The translations under genes were made by a program, and so were the position numbers. 64,000 nucleotides of DNA from Azolla caroliniana (lineage: Eukaryota; Plantae; Polypodiophyta), in assembly GCA_043228905.1 (NCBI GenBank), contig JBHGNT010000016.1, forward strand, positions 6,944,001 to 7,008,000. Reading direction: 5' to 3'. Shown in pieces: positions 21,902 to 33,250 of this stretch. The first letter of the stretch is position 1. Each line of letters opens with the position of its first letter. The notes beneath the pieces were generated by a model. That model worked only from the letters and a program-made list of their open reading frames with translations, was not told where the DNA came from and ran no database searches.

Positions 21902-24900
21902 AATTGTGTCGTGACGTGGCTCGCCTAGAAGCGTAGCGTTGCGCACACAAAGGATAACGTGAAAGTGAGGAAGGAATCACAGGGATTATGGACGGAAGAG
22001 ACGAAAGAGTAGAGATAGAGTGAATAGAGATCAATAAGATATGACAAAATAGGATTTTTAAGGAATATAAGATAAGACAAGATAAGATATAAAATAATAT
22101 ATGAGAAAGTGTATGAAATTTGTAATCATTTTCATGAAAGAGTTACAAAATGATTGTGCACGTCGTTGAACCTCCGAACTTTGTCTTGCAAGGTAATCGC
22201 TCTTCTCTTTCTTGATCGTAGACCACTACAATCTTCACTTCAATATTTTGATGAAGATAAGGCTCGAACTGCCTCCCTCTTGTTGAGAGTTGACCACCAC
22301 GACCGCCAAGCTAGAGCTCCACCTTTATCTTGAACTTCTTCCTTTCTTTCTCTATTTTATGGTATCTCTTATGTAATATATATTTGATTGATATCTCATA
22401 CCTATCTCCCTTTGATCTTCTCTTTCACCATTTAAATAGGTGCCCCCATGCATATGATGCATTGGAGGGTACAAATCATGCATGTAGTGCATGAAATGCA
22501 TGTGATGCATGATCGCCATTTGGCGTTCATGTATTACATGTGATGCATGATAAACATCTCGCTCATTTGAGCTTTTATGTATGAAACAATATATGCAATA
22601 ACAATAAACATGAAAACATAATCTTAAAGAGAAAGGGCCTATCCTAATGGTAGGTGTGTCAACTTTGGTGTATGAGGTTGTGGGTTTGAGTCTCAAAATG
22701 CTATTGAATACAACATACAACTTTATTTTTATATCATGAAGCAAATCCTTTATGTAATATAAAGTATATATAAAGTATGCTTTATTTTATGTATATTACT
22801 AGTATAGAGTAAATGGTAAGATTTGAGAGTCATAGGGTGGGGTTATTGGTTCAAGTCCTCTCTTGTTCGTGTAATATAATATATTTATCTATATATATAT
22901 ATTATTTTTCTTTACATATATATAATATTATCATATGTGTTGTTAACATTATATAAAACATTATCAAATGTTATTTTAGTTACGTATTTATCTTATTGTA
23001 GACTTTTAATGTGAAGCTTTCGTACTTCACGACAACGCGTAACGCAAGTTCCCCATGTTGTTGTTGCGTTTGCTGCTTTTCTAAGGAGATTTGTTGAAGA
23101 TCCCCCAGCAACCGTTGGTTTTCTTGTTCCAAAGCATGGAACTTCTCCTTCAAGCATTGGAATTCCGAGAAAACAGATTGATATTCTTCAGCGCTAACAG
23201 TGGCCATGGGATGAAAGAAAAGAGGAATAAAAGATTAGTAGGAAATGAGAGAGACAGAAGGTAGGCAAATTGGTTCAAACTGTCATGAACAGTACTGAGA
23301 CAGAGAAGGAATTAGTACTAAACGAAGGATTAGTACTATGAGAGGTGTGGAACTTCTTCGAGAGAAGGAAGAAGTGAGCGAGACAGAGAGAAAGAGAGAG
23401 AGAGAGAGTGTGTGTGTGTGTGTGTGTGATGATAAGAAAGATATTTATTATATGAAGAGAATATACAACGGTGGCTAAAAGGCTTAAGACTGGCATTGAA
23501 CCAATTTGGTTCAACATAATGCCTAGTGCCCTCTTTTATAGTGTTTTCAGGAGTAATCCTGAAGCTTCTAGAATGTTCCAAAGAAATCTAGATTATACAC
23601 TAATTTCCTATAATAAAATGTAAATGAAAATAATATTCTACGTATTACAATAGATGGTCTAATGGTCAAGAGCTCGACCCATATAACCTAAGGTCATGGG
23701 TTCGAGTCTTGCCATATCATGACAGCTACGGCGAAGGGGTGGAATCTACATCTGATGGATGTAAAGAATGCTTCCTGCAAGGTGATCTTGAGGAACAGGT
23801 GTACATGGTACAACCCCCCTGATTTTTATCCGAACAGAACACTTCGGCAGTCTGCCGATTGAAGAAGGCATTATATAGACTTAAGCAAGCCCCACGAGCT
23901 TGGAACATGAAGATTACCCAATGGTTGTGTAGAATGCGGTTTACGACGTCCAAATTTGACTCTTTGTTGTTCGTTCGGCAAGGTCGACATGGACCGGTTT
24001 GTCTTTTACTTTATGTTGATGATTTAGTCATCGTTGGTGCCGACCTGGAATAAATCTGCCATGTCAAGTCTCAGCTCGCGGCGTCTTTCGAAATGAAGGA
24101 TCTTGGAGACCTTCATTACTTCCTCGGGATTGAAGTGATCCATTCCCCCAAACGCATATTCATCAGTTAGCGTCATTACGGGCTAAATATGTTCTTCAAA
24201 TTCGGGATGGCAGATTGTAAGCCCATCTCGACCCCTTTGGATAGAAATGTAAAGCTTTGCCGAGATTCGGGAAAGGCGTGCGACCCGACACGGTTTCGAC
24301 TGATTGTTGGAAGCCTCATCTACTTGACGATCACTCGGCCAGACTTGAGCTATCTGGTCGGAATGGTCAGTCAATTTATTTCACAACCCATGACTAAACA
24401 CCTTCAGTGCACGCAAAGGATATTACAATATGTCAGCGGCACAAAAGACATGGCGTTGTTGTATCGTGCAAACGTAGCTGAGCAGTCGGTCAGCTACATG
24501 GATGTCGATTGGGCCGGAAATGCCCACGATCATAGGTCCACATCCGGATACGCATTCTCATTGGGAAGTGTGGCGATTGCGTGAACCAGTAAGAAGCAGC
24601 TGACAATAGTGTTGTCGAGCACGGAAGCCGAATATCGAGGGGCGACTGTCACTACGTGCGAAGTCATTTGGCTAAAACGGCTATTACAGGATCTACAAGT
24701 AGAAGTGTCCGATCCAACGACAATCTACTACGACAACCTCAGCAGCATCCACCTTTCGAAAAACCCTGTATACCATGCTCGGACCAAGCACATTGAGGTG
24801 CACTACCATTTTGTTTGCGAGCGTGTCCTTTCTGGTGAAGTCGAACTGGCATATGTTCTGACATGTCGGTAGCTTGCCGACATCTTCACCAAGCCCCTTG

Positions 24901-26301
24901 GTCTTGACAAGTTACGACATTTCTCGGTTGGGCTAGGTTTGTGGCACCTCGACATGCCAAACTTGAAGGGGAGACAGGAACAGGAATAGGAGCATGAAAG
25001 GAGTAGTAGTAACCACGATGCCGAATCAGATGAAGAATTCGATTTTGGGCCGGTTGAAGAAGCCGAAGAAGAAAACAGGGGTCGTAATCACAAGGAAGAG
25101 CCTAAGACAGCCGAACAAAGGGGAAACAAAGCCAAGAAAGGCGTAAAGGCCAACACTAAGACATGGTCAGACGTAGTTAAGGGCCTAAAGACAGAAGATG
25201 AATTGGAGACAGCCAATTCGGGTGAAAGCGAGAATGAATCGGAAATGTTCGATTCGATCTTAATGATCGATTCGGAAAGGCTGAATCAATTGAGGGCCAA
25301 GTGGGGAAAAGGGCAACGAAAGAGGCGCCAACACCACGACAGAAGGGGAGCTGAGAAAGGCCGCATGAGCAGACAAGCTGACCGGAAGGGTCGAAGCTCG
25401 CGGAATCGAAAGGGTTGAGGAGCGCAAGCGAGGCGTGAAGCCAGGAGAGGCTGGAGCGAAGATCCGGAGAAGCATATGGAACCTCAAATTGAGCTTGAGG
25501 GGGAGTGTTGAGAGACAAGCTCAACATTGGGAGCGTAAACGGGTGCGTAACCCAATGCGTAGACTAGGTGCGTAAAACCGTGCATAGCAGTATGTAAACC
25601 AAGAGGCCGTTAGAATGTTATTCCTTGTCAGGAATAAATTTAGGGGTAAGTGTAGGATGCTCGTTTATGAGCAGTAAGGTATTGTAAATACTTGTGTCAG
25701 CCCGATAGTCGGAGCTTGTATAAAAGGTGCTCATTGAGCACCAAGCATGTACACAGAGAGAATATACAGAGAAGTATTTTTTAATATAGTTATGAATTCT
25801 GCTCTCTCTCTCTCCCTCTCTTTCTCTGTGATTATTGTGTTTTACCGAACTGTCATACTTCCGAACCGTGTACTCTATGTCCTTCGCATACGCTTCCGCA
25901 CACGTATTCTTTTAGATACATCGACGTTCGATATCACATTGTTCGGGACTACGTCATTTCAAGGAAATTGGCCTCGAGAAGATATCTACAACCGATAATG
26001 TCGCAGATGGAATGACCAAGTGTCTTTCGGCGGATCGATTCTGATCCCTTCAGCACTAGATGGGCGTAATGAAGAATCAATTCAATTAAGTCGGACACTT
26101 AGGATGTTTTTCAAACAATCGACTTCGACAGTTCGAAGTTCGCCTTTAACTTCCCCAATCTCGGATAGTTTGGCCTTTAGTTTTTTCGAAGTTCACCAAC
26201 TTGAACGAAATTTCGATTTGCTCAAAAACCTTGTATCATTCTGTATTGTACATTCATTTTGATTTACAAATTTTCAATGTATATGCGCCATTACAGGGGA
26301 G

Positions 26302-26630
26302 TGTTGAATGAGGGTCTCTAATGGACGTATTCACACTGTCTCCCTTTGTACACAGTAAGTTTAGGCTATTTATGTAAATAGTGAGAAGGGCAGTTGTCCT
26401 AAGTTAGTCAGTATATAAACTGACCTTGTAACCTAGTTTAAGGTTGGTTAAAAGTGGGTGAAATATAATTTGCCTTGTGCCCAATCGTTTCTCTCTCTTG
26501 CGTTATTGATTGATCTTGTTGATTGGTTCGGTCTCTAGTTGCCATCAATATTCTTCATTACTTCTGTTAACGATCTCCTCATGGAAGAGTGTTGAGTTTG
26601 TTCCGCACTTAGACGGCTACGTCCTCAACA
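26302..26630 (+). repeat. Element B 3' LTR
   Basis: Repeat of 2379-2710, preceded by the PPT. Confidence 0.95.
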
Positions 26631-26635
26631 AACAC

Positions 26636-27018
26636 AAGATAGACAAAAGAGAAAATGAAGTACTCAAGAAGAAGGTGTATATTAACAAGGAGAATATGTA
26701 GTACAAAAATGTAGCATTACAAGGAGCAACAACCGACACTATATGAAGTAGGAGGAGGGTGCTTTATATAAGGTCACCCTCTGTCTTCATTAAACACCCA
26801 CACTCTCTCTAGAGCTATAAAAGCTCATAGGTCATGGGGAATGTAGAAACTCATTAGTTATGTGGAATATGGAACTCATTAGTTATGTGTCATAGAATAT
26901 GATTCTATGACACATAGTTAATGTGTAGAGAGTAGTGGTGACCTTTGACCTTTGAGTGCTCATAGGTTCTCAAAGGGTGTGTTCACACACTAGATTAGGT
27001 TGAGCTTGATTCTCAACA
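26636..27018 (-). repeat. Outer (U3) part of Copia A 5' LTR, split from its inner part by insertion of element B
   Basis: Minus strand starts TGTTGAGAATCAAGCTCAAC at 27018. The sequence is homologous to the solo LTR at 48300-49271 and resumes right after B's TSD. Confidence 0.8.
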
Positions 27019-27049
27019 GGAACTTTCATGTCTTCTGAATGTCTGAATG

Positions 27050-28950
27050 CAATATGATTGCAATTTTCTATTCTTGGCATCCTTGTCGGTTTTGATTGTG
27101 GTTGCATCTAAAAGGCATGATTCCATGTCTGTCTTGAGCAAGTTAACTCAAGTAGTGTGTCTATATTCCATCTCTTAAACAATTTATGTGTATTGTGACA
27201 CCATGAAGAAGTTATTGTTGCCTTTGTTTATCTTGTGTGTTGTATTGCTAACAACCATATCCTTTAGTGGATCGTGGCTCATAAAATCCTCTAGTTCAAT
27301 GCGTCTCATCAAATATCACTAAGCATGGAATGATTTTCTTGATCCCAAGGTGACATAGTAAGATCAATATGTGTACCTATTAAATGTCATTCTATCCAAA
27401 GAATGTGTATACTTCCTCTATAAAAACTCCATGCACTATATAAGTATCAAGGTTTCTTATGCACTAAAGTGCCTGACCTGAGTCTATGAAGATTATTGAG
27501 TTGGCCTGAAAATTAGTCTTAACATGACATTCATTAATTCCAAAACAAAGACATAGATGTTGAGTTTAAGGATGCTTTTTTTCAATGGTCTCCATGGAAT
27601 TCCACAATTCATACATAGGGTGAAAGGAGATTTTCGTTTGGTAGTTCTCTCCACAAACCTCTATGAGTACCTTGGCTATAAAATCAAGTTTTGTTTATGT
27701 TCATCTACCTTGCAACACTTTGAGAGTAGGAAAGGGATAGTATTTTCTTGTTATTTTGATTTCTTAACTACTTAGAGTACATGTTTTTTATTTTCCTAAA
27801 CAAGATATCCTTCCATTAGTTTTAAAAAGCATATCTGCTACAAAATACAACCAATAGCTCAACGATGCTGCTTCCAACAACACCTTTGTTACAAAAGACT
27901 TCAAAAGCTTCCTTTAGAGCCTTGTGAAAGAGGGAATGATGTACAAAGCATTACTCACATATTGCAGATATTTATCATGCAATTCAAACACATTCCATAC
28001 AAATGTCTGGTCTGATCCAGTTACAACATCCTTCTTCTCAGCCTTTTTATTGCTTGTTGTATCTTCTGCTTGCTTTACCAATTTCATTCCTTCATCGGTG
28101 ATATGCTTCTTGAAAATGTTTGCAATGGGATTAGAGACCTTTCGTTATTTTACAAAATAACCGATACATCCTTAACAGCTCCTCCTCCTTGACATCTCTC
28201 CACAATGCATGGCATCCTGAATGCTCCTTTTCCAATAGTTGTTGCTCATATTGGGTAAGCAACTCAATATGTTTGTAGCCCAATTGGTAAGGTTATGCAT
28301 TCAAACCCCACATTCCACAATAGTACCTAGTAAATTAAGTGGGTAAAAGAGGTGTGCTAGTTTTGCCTTGAACCCAAGGACTTAGTGTATAACAATTTAC
28401 CACTAGGATATGGTACTTCTTAAAAAAGCAATAAAGATAGAGGTGAGTATCCTAAAGTTCCCTAATCATTACCTTAACAAATACATTTGGCTTATGGGTT
28501 GGACATGGTGACCAATTATTTCCATAATTTGGTGAGGATATGTCCATGTACCTTATATTGTGGTATTTGTGGTCTCCATTCTTGATGGCATTCCTTTGCC
28601 AGCTCTATGTTGACTCCTTCTAAAGGTAAAAAGCTCCATGAGATGGATAGATTTTATTATCGTCTTCGGAAATTCATGTTTGACCTATGGGACAAAGATA
28701 TAACATTTTCACGTCATGCATGTGGAAGTGAGTAGCGACTCTTAATGTTCAAGAACTTTCTAATGAATGTCACAACTGAAAGTGCACATTGGGAGAAAGT
28801 TGTGCAAGGATTGGGCTTGGTCGAAAATTTGTGGAAAGCATAGTCAAATGTGATCAAAGGCAAAGTATTGTATCAATGTGTGATACTCAAGCTCCATAAC
28901 TTGTTTAATGCAAAATGTCCATAATTGACTACTCTCATCGTCTGTGCCCC
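27050..28950 (-). pseudogene. Decayed hAT (DUF659-like) transposase remnant
   Basis: Scattered degenerate motifs on the minus strand (MPCIV near 28210, FLNP-like near 27565, dimerisation-like near 27200); no intact ORF. Boundaries are approximate. Confidence 0.4.
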
Positions 28951-31900
28951 AATGGCCCATCTCGTCGAAGTGAGTGTGAACTAAGTTCAGAGAGAGAGAG
29001 AGAGAGAGAGAGAATTTGACATTGAGGTTAAATTTAAATTTATATGATGGAAATAAAATGAAGAATTAGCATGTGGTATGTGTGACATCTGTAAATGACT
29101 CTCAATGTTCAAGTACTTACCAATGACTTTTCTAGTTGATAATGCACACTGTGATAAGGAGATAAATCTTGGTAGGTTCATCCAATAGAAAGCACAGCAA
29201 AGTTTAATGCATTCAATTCCTACATTGCCAATTATGTCATTCAATAAATTAGTGCATTTAGGAAGACTTGAACCACATTCATTTGTTAATACAAGCATAG
29301 GTTACTACTAACTAGCTACTAGAAATGCAAAATGAACCCTCCTAAACAAAAATGTGACTTTAACTAGAATGTGTGTGACAGAGTATTTGAGCTCTTATTT
29401 CATGAAAATAAAGTAGTAATTTGACTTTAATTCTCATCATGTTTTTTTATTATAGTTTATCCTTTCAAATTTAGTATCAGGGCTAAAAGTTTGTATCACA
29501 TTATCAATCATGATATTCAAAAACATGGTTGAAAATTTTTATTAGAATATTTCTTAGCATATATGTTATGAACAAATGGGAGGTTATGAAAATGCTCTTT
29601 TTTTAAAGGACACAAGGTAGTGAATTCAAAGCCCTAATTTCATCCATCTTTGTACACCATATTTCACTTCTCCTACTCTACATGCCACATCATGTATCTC
29701 CTTTCTCTACAATTTTCCAATTAATGCCGAATGGGAGGTAATTTACATATAGACAGAGAATGGAAGAAATACTTTTGAGTATTTTGGGACTTTGACAAAT
29801 GAAAAGAGTGAGTGGAAAATGGGACGGATAGATACGGATATGTCAGTAATAGGTAATAGTTTTTTTTCGAGGGTTTATAAGAATTCGGTTAAACATGTAG
29901 TGGTGTTTTGGTTATTAATATGTACCTGGGAAAGAGAGGCTATTTAAAGGTTCTCAAAACATAATGTCGTGCAATATAAATAAGGAAACACATGTTTGTT
30001 TCTTGTCTGGTGATGGTGCATTTGTGGAGCATGTCTCCCACCACCCATGTGGTCTTCATTGGAACTCATTTACTTGCAAATTATATTTTATGCAAGAAGT
30101 AAATGTCCCCTAGTATTTTGATCTTCTTTTGTATCCTAAAACAAAGACTTGAATTCTATAGAAAAAACATCAAAGTCACGCAAGGAGATAAAGGTTTTAA
30201 ATTATCTACCTTGAGAATGTACATCTAATAGCTTCAAGTTGAAGTCATGATGTATTAACTACTTTGCCAATTGACTGCAAGGCAACTTTATACCAGAAGG
30301 GAACACACCACTTCACCTGTAAAAAACACACGAGAGTGAAAAATATATCCCTTTATCCCACCATTGCAACTAGAATAGAAAGATTGCTTGCAAAAGCACA
30401 ACAATGCATTTATATACATCATATAGGAGACTTGCAATGTTTCTTCAAATGATTCCTCAGCCAACTTATTCATATTCTAAAATTCGAACAAGTAATAAAG
30501 CTTATGCTTTGCAACATTGTGGTTGTAGTTTGAAGTCTACAACGAGGGGTTTAATGTTGCATTTTCTTTGATAAAAATGGCTTTACAACACTGAAGTCTG
30601 ACATAGACTTTCTTTTCTACGACACAAGGATCGTGGCAATAACACTTTGCTCCTTGAAAGTGACTTTCCAACATTGACATTGATGTTCTTTTCCACAACA
30701 CAATGAGTGAAAAAGATAGCATTCCCCTTCTAAATGCAAATGAATACTAACAAATTTCACAATGTAAATGAATTTGTCATTAAAAGATACATGGAGAAGT
30801 TTCTATTACATTAGTTAAAGATCACGACAACAATTTACTCCTAGAAAATTGGCTTTACAATATTGACATAGACATTCTTTTCCCTAGCACAAAGGAGTGA
30901 AACCAAACAGATATGCTTACAAGTTACACCATAAATATATGTAAGAAATTGAAATGAGAACTTCCAATTCCATTCACTAATACAAAGAACTAAATACAAA
31001 AATTAGGTCATGTGTAATTGTTTTTATTCAATGACTCTTGTAACATAATAATATTTTAATGATAAGGTTTACATTTAGACAACTATTCATGTTGACCTCA
31101 TGTTAACTTCAATAAAGGGGAAATCAAATAAGTTATTATTTCTAAAGCAATACCATGTTTAGCATTTCAAGTCTTAATCCAAATACTAAATGAGGAGAGA
31201 ACTAGAAGAGAGGAACCTCCAATGAGCTTCAGATTAAGTTCCAAACATAGATTTAAGATCATCTTCTCAATGCTTGCCATGGACTTGATTATTTTATTAG
31301 AAAGTATATCACGACATTGATTTCAAGTTTTTATCTAAGAGCATATTTGTTTCAAGATCGACATTGTGTCATTCATAAGATAATGCACATATTTTATTGG
31401 AAAGTTAGGGGTTATGGTGTTATTCATACCAATCAAGTCATGGAACAAAACATTTTCTCCATGTGGATAATTAAATCGGTCATCAAAAAGTTCATTAAGT
31501 TATGGAATAACACATTACCTTGCATGTACAATTGATAGTATGTAAATAGAGCTCAATGAATCAATTTATTATGCAAGATTGGTTTTTGGTGAAACACCAT
31601 TTATGACATTGATTTGATTGTTTTTTTCTTCTAGGTCAATATGGGCATGCAAAAGACTAATTTATTGATTTCAAGTGTACATTCTTTCATTTTTTGTTTG
31701 ATTCAATTCTCTATAGTAGAGGTTTGTTGATTGTTGCATATTGAATGTTTGTGATTGAGTGGCGAAAGTGAAAGGAACTGTAAAAATCGGCCTACCAATC
31801 AATTATGGTGGTACGTTAGGTTGGTCCACAAAATAGTCAAGTCTACAAAATTTGGCATTAATGTTATGTAGCAAACTAGATTCGTAATACAAGAAAAAAA

Positions 31901-33059
31901 GATTGTGTCAATGAGCTTATGTAAGAATATGTTTTTCCCCCTCATTCAAGATTTCATACAATTAGGGGGATCATTGACACATTGTTCAATCGATCAAACT
32001 TAAACACCTTTATAATTCACATTTTAAACACGCAACATTATATTACAAGTGGGAAGCAGGGATGAGGAGTTCTCGTAATTCAATAAAGTAAGACAAATGG
32101 GCATAGACATTATTTGGTATATCAATAGAAATATAACAAACATGCAAAGATTATCACAATGATTTCCAGAAGTTAGTACATGGATTATCATGCACATGGC
32201 CCTAGACTTTGCCAACCTCTACACCACATTTAATCTCAAAACATCACGGTCTAAAGAAAGCACTGAAACTAGAATGGGTCCTAAAAACATACTATCGTGC
32301 TCAACCATCAACAAACATCACACCCACACCTCCAGAGTAAGCCACTCACGAAGGTAAAACTACGGAATGGGTTAACGGTGCACAAAGACATAGCTAAAGG
32401 AAAGGATAAGGGCATTGAGATCGTGTGGCTAGTCAAGAAACAACCGACAAAAACTCAAGGGTGGGACAAGGGGACCATATAGTTTTGGTTTTGTAAGCAT
32501 AGTTGAGTACATAGGCTAACTAAACCAACACAGACTACGTAGCAAAAACACACATCTCATACAAGTCTACATCTATGGTTTCAAAAACCTCAACATTTCA
32601 TTGAAAAATGGGTTCCAAAACATGTATTTTTCCCCTTTTGAAAATGAGGCCATTGATGGATGGTTGTTAAGTATTTGACACCGAAGACACTGGTTGTAGA
32701 GATTGTGGCACCAACAAGGGACACCAAGCTTAACTAACTATAGGAAAAGGGAGATAGAACAAACCAATTAGGAAGCAATCTAAGCCAATGGGCAATGGTC
32801 TAATGTGAGAGGAACTCACTTACCTTGTAAAAAACTATAAAAGTGACTTTTGTAGCTCTTCTCCAATCTTAGGTTTTCTCATTCTTATTAGTGCATTAGA
32901 GCTCTTGCTCTATCCCCTTAATCTCCCATTAGAGTTAAGAGAGATTATGGTTAAGAGCTAAGTAAGCCAAAGCCCTCTCCTCCTCTTCTATGGTGCTAAA
33001 CTTTTGTAATAAGAAAGTGGTGCATTATTCGTATATCTTCTTTGTCTTTGCATTCGCAT

Positions 33060-33062
<3 letters not shown>

Positions 33063-33142
<80 letters not shown>

Positions 33143-33199
33143 CATAGCACAAGTACTAATAACCCAAAAGAGAGAGAGAGAGAGAGAGAATGTGAGAGA

Positions 33200-33248
<49 letters not shown>
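33063..33248. repeat. (GT)n/(GA)n compound microsatellite; a (GT)n+GACATAGCA.AAGTACTAA unit is duplicated
   Basis: Seen directly in the sequence. Confidence 0.95.

Positions 33249-33250
<2 letters not shown>

Larger units (their letters stand above)
15056..23034 (-). mobile_element. Young non-chromovirus Ty3/Gypsy element E
   Basis: Two 1128-bp LTRs (15056-16183, 21907-23034) with no differences seen by eye; 4-bp TSD ACGC (15052-15055 / 23035-23038); tRNA-Trp PBS; PPT AGAGGGGGTGGA at 16184-16195. Confidence 0.97.
14073..23207 (-). pseudogene. gag: Element D gag (PEG10-like retrotransposon gag with CCHC knuckle), split by E into 23035-23207 and 14073-15055
   Basis: Removing E and one ACGC copy restores the frame ...GELALR|VQQLEAT...; motifs PTKFDG, LRQGDRPASAY and CLYCGGPGHIAINC. 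Confidence 0.92.
10045..23724 (-). mobile_element. Ty3/Gypsy chromovirus D (Tcn1/Tf1-sushi-like), interrupted in gag by element E
   Basis: TSD GCTAC (10040-10044 / 23725-23729). LTRs 10045-10496 (3') and 23281-23724 (5') differ by about 5 substitutions plus a microsatellite change. PPT AAAGGGGGGATAG at 10497-10509; pol ends in a chromodomain. Confidence 0.96.
7258..25916 (+). mobile_element. Ty1/Copia element C (related to element A), degenerate, interrupted by D and by LTR fragment F
   Basis: TSD TACAT (7253-7257 / 25917-25921). LTR start TGTTGAGAGACAAGCTCAAC at 7258 and 25506; 3' LTR 25506-25916; PPT AGGGGGAG at 25498-25505. Pol remnants at 7801-10044 (ECWYCSKKGH, WYVDSEASNHMT, KARLVAKGY) and 23730-24960 (LYVDDL, YMDVDWAG, HARTKHIEVHYHF). 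Confidence 0.93.
2379..26630 (+). mobile_element. Ty1/Copia element B (Tnt1/Tork-like), full-length but degenerate, interrupted by element C
   Basis: TG...CA LTRs at 2379-2710 and 26302-26630; TSD AACAT (2374-2378) / AACAC (26631-26635); PBS TGGTATCAGAGC; PPT AGGGGAG at 26295-26301. Confidence 0.95.
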
